Shown here piece by piece: positions 53,710 to 64,000 of a stretch of 64,000 nucleotides of DNA. The first letter of the stretch is position 1. Every line of letters begins with the position of its first letter. The translations under genes were made by a program, and so were the position numbers. Below the pieces are notes generated by a model. That model was given only the letters and a program-made list of their open reading frames with translations, was not told where the DNA came from and made no database searches. Origin of the DNA: Mobula hypostoma (lineage: Eukaryota); contig NC_086118.1 of NCBI RefSeq assembly GCF_963921235.1, forward strand, positions 23,252,001-23,316,000. The letters run 5' to 3'.

Positions 53710-56700
53710 CTTTGTTTCTTTTAAAATCTTTCTATTAATTTTCCAAAATTATAAACAGAATACCCATGTTGATACAGAGAGATTGGAATAATCTTATTGT
53801 TGATAAGCATGTACAAAAAAGATTTCAAATAATCCAAGTATAATAGACTTCCAAACTCTTTATATAATTAATCTTAGAGAAAAAAGAAATAAATAGAAAA
53901 AAAAATACAAAGAAAAACCCCCCAAAAAAACAAAAAAAAACTAAATACTAAACCCAAAAAAAGCGCAAACGGAACAAAACAAGGCCAGACCATTATCTTA
54001 AATTGAACACATTCAGTAATGTTGTCAACTCCGCTCCTCTATTCATATATTTTAAGTTAATAAGTAGGATTTGGAAAGGTCAAATTACATCCTATGAAAA
54101 TGTTGAATAAATGGTTTCCAAGTCTCTTCAAATTTAACCGAAGGATCAAAAATGTCACTTCTGATTTTTTCTAAATTTAAACATAATATAGTTTGGGAAA
54201 ACCATTGAAATGTAGTAGGATGATTGGTCTCCTTCCAATTCAATAAAATGGATCTTCTGGCCATTAAAGTAATAATTGCAATCATCCGACAGGCTCAAGA
54301 GGATAAAAATCTATGTTCTACCATTGGCAAACCAAAAATTGTCGTAATAGAGGCCAGTTGTAAATCAAAACGCAAAACTGTTGAGATAATATCAAAAATA
54401 TCTTTCCAGAATTTTTCCAAAAGAGGACAGGACCAAAACTTATGAGTTAAAGAAGCCACCTCAGAGTGACATCTATCACAAATAGGGTTTATATGAGAAT
54501 AAAAAGGGCTAATTTATCTTTAGACGTATGGGCCTTATGCACTACTTTAAATTGTATTAGTGTATGTTTAGCTCATATAGAGGAAGAACTAACTAATTGA
54601 AAAATTTTATCCCATTTCTCTATAGGTAGGCAAAGTTGAAGTTCCCTTTCCCATTCATTTTTAATTTTATCAGATATACCTGGCTGGAATTTCATAATTA
54701 TATCATAAATAGATGCTATTAATCCCTTCTGAAAGGGATTTAAACCTAAAATTTTATCGATGATATCAGTAGGGTATGAGGTCGGGAAGGTAGGCAGCAT
54801 GGTATTTAAAAAGTTTCTTATTTATAAATATCTAAAAAAAAAAATGGGATCTGGGCAAATTAAATTTTTTATATAACTGTTCACTGTTCAAAAGACATGA
54901 AACAGTTGTCCAGAAATAAGTCACGAAAACATGTTATACCTTTTGTTTTCCATAACAAAAAGACTTGGTCCATAACCGAGGGTTGAAAAAAAAATTAGAT
55001 ATAATGGGGCTTGATAATATAAATCTGTTCAAACCAAAAAATTAACGAAATTGAAACCATATTCGTAATGTATATTTAATTATTGGATTTTCCATTTGTT
55101 TATTCAATTTAGATAATACAAAAGGAAGTGAAGTTCCTAAAATGGAAGCCAAAGAGAACCCTTGTACAGAGTAGCCTTCAGGGTTTACCCAATGTGGACT
55201 TGGAATTATATTCCAATCTTGTGTCCAAAATATTAAATATCGAATATTAATTGCCCAATAATAGAATCTTAGATTAGGCAGTGCTAAACCACCATCTTTC
55301 TTGGACTTATGTAAATTTTTTTTAACTAACCTGGGATTTTTGTTCTGCCATATATAAGAGGAAATTTTGGAATTGATAGTATCAAAAGAAGATTTAGGAA
55401 TAAAAATTGGTATCGCTTGAAATAGATATAAAAATTTAGGTAAAATAATCATTTTAATAGCATTAATTCAGCCAATGGGGACCACTTAGTAATCAGTTGT
55501 TTAACCTGACTAATTAATGGTAAAAGGTTGAACTTGAATAAATCCTTATGTCTCTTAGTAATTTTAACTCCCAAATAAGTAAAATAGTCAGTAATCACTC
55601 TGAATGGAGAACATCTATAAATGGGAACTTGGATATTTAATGGAAAAAGTTCACTCTTACCTAGATTCGATTTATAACCAGAAAAGCTACTAAATTGAGC
55701 AAGCAGAGTTAATACTGCCAGAATGGATTTCCCCGGGTTAGAAATACAGTATATAATAGTAAATCATCGGCATATAGTGATAATTTATGTATTTCATTCC
55801 CATGGGTAATGCCAAATATATTAGGGGAATCACGAATAGCAGTAGCTAGCGGTTCCAAGGCAATATCGAATAGTAGTGGACAAAGAGGGCAACCCTGCCT
55901 AGTACCACGGAATAAATGAAAGAGGGGAGATCTTTGATTATTAGTAAATAATTAATAAATACCAAAATAATTAGTAAATACTGAAGCCAAAGGAGTAAGA
56001 TATATCAATTTAATTATCAATTTAATTTAATTTAATTTAAATTTAATATCTAATATAAATATCGGACTAAAATTAAATTTCTCAAGCGTATAAAACAAAT
56101 ATGTCCATTTGACTGTCAAAGGCTTCCTCAGCATCCAATGAAATGATGCATTCTGGAGTTCTGGGTGAAGGAGTATAAACAATATTCATTAATCTCCTAA
56201 TATTAAAGAGTAACGATTTTTAATAAATCCAGTCTGATCAGCAGAAATAATTTGAGGCAATACATTCTCCAATCTTATTGCCAATATTTTAGAAAAAATC
56301 TTAGAATCCACATTCAGCAAAGGTATAGGCCTGTAAGATGCACATTCAGTAGGATCCTTATCTTTTTTTAGGAATTAGGGAAATAGAAGCTCGATCAAAA
56401 GATTGTGGTAATTTACCTATAGATACTGCATCCCTAAAAGCTCTACATAGCCAAGAAGTCAGTGTAGTAAAGAAAGATTTAAAAAATTCTACTGTATATC
56501 CGTCTGGACCAGGTGCTTTCCCTGAGTTCATCGAAGAAATAGCATTTTTTATTTCTTCTACCATAATAGGTACATCTAGTTTCAAACGTTCATTGGATGA
56601 TAATTTTGGAATATTCCATTTCGTTAAGAATTCATGCATTATAGTGGAGTCATCAGGAAATTCTGATTGATATAGGGAGGTATAAAATTCTTGAAAAGAT

Positions 56701-57514
56701 TTATTTATCTCATCATGGTCAACCGTCGGAGTACCATCTTGTTTACGAATCTTAACAATCTGTCATTTAACAGAAGGTGATTTTAATTGATTAGCCAATA
56801 GTTTCCCAGTTTTATCACCATGTATATATTGACTCTTAGTTTTGGTTAATTGGCTTTCAATTGAAGATCGTAGTAATAGACTATGTTCCATTTGAAGTTC
56901 AACTCTCTTTTTGTAAAGCTCCTGATTAGGGGCTATGGAATATTTCTTGTCCATTTCTTTGATCTTGTCAACCAGTTTAAGTATTTTATTATTAGTTCGC
57001 TTTTTTAATCCAGCAGTATATGATATAATTTGTCCACAAATGTGTGCTTTAAAAGTATCCCATAGTGTCCCGCTGGAAATACCCTCCGTAAAATTCGTTG
57101 TGAAGAAAAAATTAATCTGTTCCTCAATAAATTTAACAAAATCCAAATCCTGAAGCAAAGTGGTATTAAATCGCCATTGTCTAGAACTAGAAGATGTATC
57201 CCTTGACTTAATGGATAGTTTCAATGGCGCATGATCAGAAACAGCAAAGGAATCCTATTTGCAACCAATAACAAGTGGAATTAATTGAGAATCAATAAGA
57301 AAATAATCAATTCTTGAATAGTGATGATATGCATGTGAAAAAAAAACTCTTTCTCGTTGGGATGCAAAAATCTCCAAATTTCTGAGATTCCAGAGTCAGT
57401 CATAAAAGAGTTAATAAGAGTAGCCGATTTATTCGGAAGTACTCGACTGGACATGGATCTATCCATTAAAGGATTTAAACAACAGTTAAAATCTCCACCC
57501 ATAATCAACATAGC
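53710..57514 (-). mobile_element. L1-clade LINE, 5'-truncated within the ORF2 endonuclease; multiply frameshifted
   Basis: GGDFN and SDH (APE endonuclease), WRFNTTLL, GKAPGPDGY..EFFK, RGTRQGCPLSPLLF, YADD and ILPKFLYLFQ motifs, plus a C-terminal Cys region and 3' UTR. TSD ctttaggatta at 53699-709 and 57515-25. Confidence 0.94.
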
Positions 57515-57717
57515 CTTTAGGATTAATTTGTAAGGCCCAAAACAATTTTAGCCTGTTCAGGTAGGCATGAGTACAAATTTGTGCAGTGATATAACTACTC
57601 ATATCATCCCCTTTAATATTTTGCTTTTGCAAAATAAACTTTAGGGAAAAAATTTGAAACAGTACATATTGTAATCACATTCTAAGTCATTCATTAGTAT
57701 TTATGACATCTTAAGTA

Positions 57718-58264
57718 CCCTAAGTGGCCACTTTATTAGGTATCTCCTGTACCTAATGAAGTGACTACTGAGCGTATGGTCATGGTCGTCTACTGCTGTA
57801 GTCCATCCGCTTCAAAGTTTGACATGTTGTGCATTCAGAGGTGATCTTCTGCGCACCACAATTGTAATGCGTGGTTATTTGAGTTACTGTTGCCTTCCTG
57901 TCAACTTGAACCAGTCTGGCTTTTCTCCTCTGATCTCTCTCTTTAACAAGGTCTTTTTGCCCACAGAACTGCCACTCACTTTTTCACTTTGTTTTTCTCA
58001 CCATTCTCTGTAAACTCTAGAGACTGTTGTGCGTGATAATCCCAGGAGATCTGCAGTTTCTGAGATTCTCAAAACATCCCATCTGGCAATAACAATCATT
58101 CCACAGTCAAAGTTACTGAGATCACATTTCTTCCTGATTCTGATGTCTAAACAATAACTGAACCTCTTGACCATGCCTGCATGTTTAATGCATTGAGTTC
58201 CTGCCACGTGATGGGCTGATTAGATTTTTGCATTAACGGGCAGGTGTAAAGTGGTCACTGAGTG
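57718..58264 (-). mobile_element. Tc1-family MITE, copy C
   Basis: TA-flanked TIRs; ORF 57998..58207 has KKCDLSNFDCGMIVIAR...ISETADLLGLSRTTVSRVYREW. Confidence 0.88.
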
Positions 58265-58299
58265 TAAATCAGATCAGATACAAAATTGTTTGAATGTGG

Positions 58300-59135
58300 A
58301 GTAGGTCTCTGGAAACAGGAAAGTTCATCCACGTTGATCACGGTGTCTTGCTGAGCTAGTTCCAATTGCCTGTACTTGGCTCATATCCTTCTGAACCTTT
58401 CCTATCCATGTGCCCATCCAAAAATCTTCAAAATGTGTCAACAGAATTATTTCTACCACTTCCTCTGGACACTTGCTCCATTTACCAACACCCTCTGTGT
58501 GGAAATGTTAGCCCCTCAGATCCCTTTTTGCTGTAAACGTAAACCTATGCTCTCTAGAATCAGAATCAGGTTTATTATCATCAATGTGTGTCGTGAAATT
58601 TGTTAACTTTTTATCTCCCTTGCCCTGGGCAAAAGACTGTCACAATCTACCTTATCTGTGCCCCTGATGATTTTATAAACCTCTATAAGATCACCCTTCA
58701 GCCTCCTTTGCTGCAGGGAAAGCAGTTCCAGCCTATTCTCTCTCTCTTGGTAATTCAAGCTTTCTTGAGCCTCTTTGGCTTAACCACAACCTTCCTATTG
58801 TATAGTGGCCAGACCTACATACAATATTCCAGGAGCACTCTCATCAACATCCTACAGAGTTGTATTATGACATCCCAACTCGTGTACTCAGTGCCTCGTC
58901 CAAAGAAGGCATGCCTGCCATATATCTTCTTCACCTTCTCGTCTACCTGTGTGGCCACCTTTGGGGAACTATGTACTTGTACCTCTAGATCTCTCTGTTC
59001 TACAGCACTGGGCCCTATCATTTACTCTGCAAGTCTTACCGCAGTTTAATTTCCCAAAATTTATCTTTTCCCACTTGTTGGAGTTAAATTCCCTCTGCCC
59101 ACTTTCCCACTCAATTTAGATCCCATTGCACCTTT
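58300..59135 (-). mobile_element. Degraded CR1 3' fragment with a short Rex1-type tail inserted (about 58556-58605)
   Basis: ORF 58815..59021 has EQRDL.VQVHSS.KVATQVD..VKK; agaatcagaatcaggtttattatc matches the tails at 21051 and 33058. Confidence 0.7.
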
Positions 59136-59191
59136 CTTGTTCCGGAAGCATTTCTATTAAGCCATGAAACAATTAAACAGATTGGTATATA

Positions 59192-59982
59192 CGGTGGAGT
59201 CCAGTTAATTGGCACACATTGGGAGCAGTACATTTTGGCCCATTTAAGCAGCCATTAGCCAATATTTCATGAAAATAATTAAAAAGGTGTAAAAAAAATG
59301 CAAACTACTGATTAGCTGAGTAACAATTTATGTATCTAAATATAGTACAGAACGAATTAGAGTACTACCAATATTACGAGAGTACTATAAAACTGTGTAT
59401 TAGTTCCTAGTAGTTATCATCAGGGAAATTCATCCAGCGTACACTGCAGTATTTTTTTGATTGACTGTAAAAGGACAAAATCAGCACAGACACCTGGTGC
59501 AGATAATGACTGCCTTCATACAATGCTTTTAACGATGGTTCCATCCAAATTTCATTGTTATTGCAACATTCAAGATGATTGTCAATATCTTCAAATTCTT
59601 CATAGTTCATGACTTGTTGAAGTAGTGAATTCATTTCATTTTCACTTCTGCTTGTTTTTGTCGTCTTCACGTCTGAACGCTTGAAACTGCGGTAGGCAAA
59701 ACAGTTCTGAATTGTCTTACTGTTTATTACGTGCAAATTATCAGTGAGAAAAGTCACTGATTTTTGAACACAAACACACACAACTGGCGCTCTAAGCACA
59801 TTGTAGTGTCTAACAGCCACACAAGTTCGAAACTGTTCAGTCTCCTATCCCTGTTAGCACACAGTGTCCCAAATAAATGAAGGGAATCCCAGCTATTTTC
59901 TCAATTTTTTTTTATTCTTTGAGTTGTCCCAAGTAAGCAGCTACCTCAATTAACCGATGGTCCAATTAACCAGAATCTACTG
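59192..59982 (-). mobile_element. Tigger-family MITE related to 36755-38065, opposite orientation
   Basis: TA-flanked TIRs cggtggagtccagttaattgg / ccaattaaccagaatctactg; both ends are reverse-complement homologous to the ends of 36755-38065. Confidence 0.82.
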
Positions 59983-60269
59983 TATTATTCTGATGCCCTT
60001 GTAGGCACCACTCAGAATAACAGCATTATTTTGGAATAAAAGACAGCTGATAAATGCAAACATAATCCCTTAGTTTAAGAAAGCCGGGAGAGGCCAAACA
60101 GCACATTTTAGACCTGTTAGCCTGACATCAGTAGTAGAATTCTTTAGATTCTGTAATTAGTGAACTCATATCAAGACACTTGGAAAATAATGTTGGAATT
60201 GGGTTTATTCAATGTGGACTTGTGAAAAGAAGGAAAATACAGTATAGCAAGTTTATTTTTTTAAACTTT

Positions 60270-61355
60270 AAAAGACATCCAATTGATATGCTGTATTTTG
60301 AATTCTACGAGGCATTAAATAAAGATTCAACAAAATTAGAGCATGTATTATTGGAGGTAATAGAGAGAATACTGAATAACCAGACCACTTTTGGGATGGC
60401 AAACTGTGACAAAAGGGGTGCTGGAGGGCTGGAGTCCCAGCTGTTCACAATTTAGATCAATGACTTTGTTAAGGGGATCAACTGTATTATATCCATGTTT
60501 GCTGATTGTATTATCAGATGGTAAGTACTAGTATGACTGCGAGGAGGAAACAGAGAGGCTTTGGGGAGTTCTAGACAGATTAAATGAATGAGTAACGACA
60601 TGGAAAATGGAGTATAATATGAAAAAGTGAGTGGTCATCAATTTTAGTAGAAAAATTAAATTGGTGGAGTATTTTTTTAAGCAGAGACAGATTGAGAGAT
60701 GTTGGTATTCAGGGTTCAGAATATGCTTTAACATGAAACACTGAAAGTTAATAAGCAGGTATAACATGTAGTGGTTATATAGGACTTTGATGGGACAATT
60801 TCTGGAATATTGTGTTCAGGTGTGTGCAGTTAAGCTTATCAAATTCATTCTTGGGACGATGGTTTGTTCTATGAGAAGAGGTCACAAGGAATTTTTTATC
60901 ATGTGCACAAAGTACAGTGAAGTACAAGTACAATGAAAAACTTTCTTGCAGTAGCATTACAAACACATAGATTCAGACAACATGTAGAATATTTCTACAA
61001 GCCAGAGGAAATAAAAACACTGTTGTTTAAAAGTTTTCAATTCAGAAGAACGGTATTTGAACTTACGGGGTAGATGTGGTGCTAATGCTTCTCCTGGCTG
61101 GCATGGTCTGTCTAAAACAAAGTGTCGTTCTCAGAATAAGGGGTCAATCTTTCAGAACAGAGATGAGAAGAAAGTTCTTCATCCAGAGTTTAGCAAATCT
61201 TTGGAAGTTTTTACACAGCAGGGGTGTAGAAGCTCAGCTGGTGAGTATTTTCAAGACAGAAATCAGTAGATTTTAGATTATTAAGGGATGGGGTTAGTTC
61301 AGTAAAATGGAGTTGAGGTAAAAGATCAACCATGACATTGTTGAATAGTAGAATA
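60270..61355 (+). mobile_element. Old degraded CR1 (plus strand) into whose 3' UTR the young CR1 inserted
   Basis: Residual RT motifs (cccagctgttcacaattta, atgtttgctgat) and ORF 61076..61276 LRIRGQSFRTEMRRKFFIQ...NLW. Confidence 0.7.
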
Positions 61356-61357
61356 AG

Positions 61358-62800
61358 CATAGAAACATAGAAAATAGGTGCAGGAGTAGGCCATTCGGCC
61401 CTTCGAGCCTGCACCGCCATTTACTATGATCATGGCTGATCATCCAACTCAGAACCCTGCACCAGCCTTCCCTCCATACCCCCTGATTCCCGTAGCCACA
61501 AGGGCCATATCTAACTCCCTCTTAAATATAGCCAATGAACTGGCCTCAACTGTTTCCTGTGGCGGAGTTTTCCACAGATTCACCACTCTCTGTGTGAAGA
61601 AGTTTTTCCTAATCTCGGTCCTAAAAGGCTTCCCCTTTATCCTCAAACTGTGACCCCTCGTTCTGGACTTTCCCAACATTGGGAACAATCTTCCTGCATC
61701 TAGCCTGTCCAATCCCTTTAGGATTTTATACGTTTCAATCAGATCCCCCTCAATCTTCTAAATTCCAATGAGTACAAGCCCAGTTCATCCAGTCTTTCTT
61801 CATATGAAAGTTCTGCCATCCCAGGAATCAATCTGGTGAACCTTCTTTGTACTCCCTCTATGGCAACGATGTCTTTCCTCAGATTAGGGGACCAAACTGC
61901 ACACAATACTCCAGGTGTGGTCTCACCAAGGCCTTGTACAACTGCAGTAGTATCTCCCTGCTCCTGTACTCGAATCCTCTCGCTATAAATGCCAGCATAC
62001 CATTTGCCTTTTTCACCGCCTGCTGTACCTGCATGCCCACTTTCAATGACTGGTGTATAATGACACCCAGGTCTCGTTGCACCTCCCCTTTTCCTAATCG
62101 GCCACCATTCAGATAATAATCTGTTTTCCTATTTTTGCCACCAAAGTGGATAACTTCACATTTATCCACATTAAATAGCATCTGCCATGAATTTGCCCAC
62201 TCACCCAACCTATCCAAGTCACCCTGCATCCTCTTAGCATCCTCCTAGCATCCTCCTCACAGCTAACACTGCCGCCCAGCTTCGTGTCATCCGCAAACTT
62301 GGAGATGCTGCATTTAATTCCCTCATCCAAGTCATTAATATATATTGTAAACAACTGGGGTCCCAGCACTGAGCCTTGCGGTACCCCACTAGTCACTGCC
62401 TGCCATTCTGAAAAGGTCCCGTTTATTCCCACTCTTTGCTTCCTGTCTGCTAACCAATTCTCTATCCACATCAATACCTTACCCCCAATACCATGTGCTT
62501 TAAGTTTGCACACTAATCTCCTGTGTGGGACCTTGTCAAAAGCCTTTTGAAAATCCAGATATACCACATCCACTGGTTCTCCCCTATCCACTCTACTAGT
62601 TACATCCTCAAAAAATTCTATGAGATTCGTCAGACATGATTTTCCTTTCACAAATCCATGCTGACTTTGTCCGATGATTTCACCGCTTTCTAAATGTGCT
62701 GTTATCACATCCTTGATAACTGACTCCAGCAGTTTCCCCACCACCGACGTTAGGCTAACCGGTCTATAATTCCCCGGTTTCTCTCTCTCTCCTTTTTTAA
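61358..62800 (-). mobile_element. CR1-clade LINE, second young copy, more 5'-truncated and frameshifted
   Basis: Nearly identical by eye to 8612-10045. An 11-bp tandem duplication tagcatcctcc (about 62235-56) and 1-bp deletions split the ORF. Possible TSD agcata at 61356-61 / 62805-10. Confidence 0.96.
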
Positions 62801-63224
62801 CCTTAGCATATAACCTTATTATTTCCACTATTTCTTCAAATTATCTCGGTTCAAATTCTTCTGGCATATCAGATTCTTAAGGCAAAATGTTTAAAATTTT
62901 ACCCTGTATTGACTTGTAATGTTATTTTAAGTACTCTATTTAATTCGATGTATAAGTGAGGATGGTAATATGTAAAGAATAACCAAAGCTGATTTTGCCA
63001 TACTTTAGAAGGGCTTCAACCTCCAAGAGCAGATGGAAAGTTTTTCACATCAGCTCTTGAAATGTAGAAGATATTCTTCTAGGAATTCATTAATTTGGGA
63101 AAAGAAAAGAGGATTTACTTGTTTCAATTCTTAGACATCTAGAATAAACTCTAGACTAAACTTGAATCAATGAATGGTGCCCAATAGCTATCATAGGGCT
63201 TGAAATCAAGTGACACGTGTAGCT

Positions 63225-64000
63225 GACAACAGAGCTTCGCTTCCAGATGAGCTCATAAGCTCGCTTTGGCTGTCAAAACATCGAGGAACCATCACAAACT
63301 CCCACAGCCCCTCATGATCCTGTGATTTCAGTCTCTGAGGCCAATGTGAGAGCATCCTTCAGGAGGGTGAACCCACAGAAAGCAGCCAGCTCAGATGAGG
63401 TACCTGGCCAAGTTCTAAATATGTGTGGTGATCAACTGCCTGGAGTGTTCAGTGAGATCCTTAACCTCTCGTTTCGGCAATCTGAGATATCCACCAGCTT
63501 CGAGCAGGCTTCAATTGCATCAGTGCCTAAGAAGAATGTGGTGACCTGCCTCAATAACTATCATCCAGTAGCACTTACATTAATAGTGATGAAGTGTTTT
63601 GGGAGGTTGGTGAGGTAACTTATCAGCTCCTGCTTGAGAAGCAGCTTGGATCTGCTCCAATTTGCCTATAGACGCAGGCAGATACAGCAGATCAGCTCTG
63701 GATTATCTGGACAGCAAAGATGCACACATCAGGATACTCTTTATCGGCATTCAATACCATCATCCCCACAGAACTAGTCAGTAAGCTTACACTTATGACT
63801 TGTGGTTAAGCACAGTTCCAAAGCCATATTTAAGTTTGCTGATGACTCCACTTTCATAGGCTGAATCAAAGGTGAATCAACGTATAGGAGAGAGACTGAA
63901 AATCTGGCTGAGTGGTGCCATATCAACAACTTCTTCCTCAATGTCAGCAAGACCAAGGAGCTGATTATTGACTTCAGGAGGAGGAAACCAGAGGTTCATG
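63225..64000 (+). mobile_element. Rex1/Babar LINE RT fragment with internal deletions, running off the window end
   Basis: ORF 63322..63618 has SFRRVNPQKA...D.VPG.VL, VPKK..VTCLNNYHPVALT...MKCF; downstream aagtttgctgatgac (KFADD). Confidence 0.88.

Noticed and set aside
53876..53982. A-rich tract as a processed pseudogene poly(A) tail
   Set aside because: It lies inside the TSD-bounded minus-strand L1 and is its T-rich 3' UTR.

Overview
AT-rich, repeat-dense vertebrate genomic DNA. The repeat mix suggests a cartilaginous fish, probably a ray or skate (inference). The window appears to lie wholly inside the + strand gene COX10 (protoheme IX farnesyltransferase / heme O synthase). Two internal coding exons are visible: 34338-34408 (71 nt) and 47407-47639 (233 nt), apparently orthologous to human exons 5 and 6. 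I did not find the flanking exons. The rest is intron filled with transposable elements: two young near-identical CR1 LINE copies, several Rex1/Babar LINE fragments, a 5'-truncated L1 with a target-site duplication (TSD), an RTE fragment, Penelope-like element (PLE) pieces, Tc1 and Tigger DNA transposon relics and MITEs, a nested hAT composite, a young tRNA-derived SINE and old V-SINE/DeuSINE remnants. The most notable non-coding signal is a set of five minimal hammerhead-ribozyme motifs (CUGAnGA-stem II-GAAA-CGUC) carried by PLE-derived repeats. Two well-preserved copies are in the sense orientation of the COX10 pre-mRNA. I found no convincing evidence of a wholly new protein-coding system; almost all listed ORFs are TE remnants or chance ORFs.
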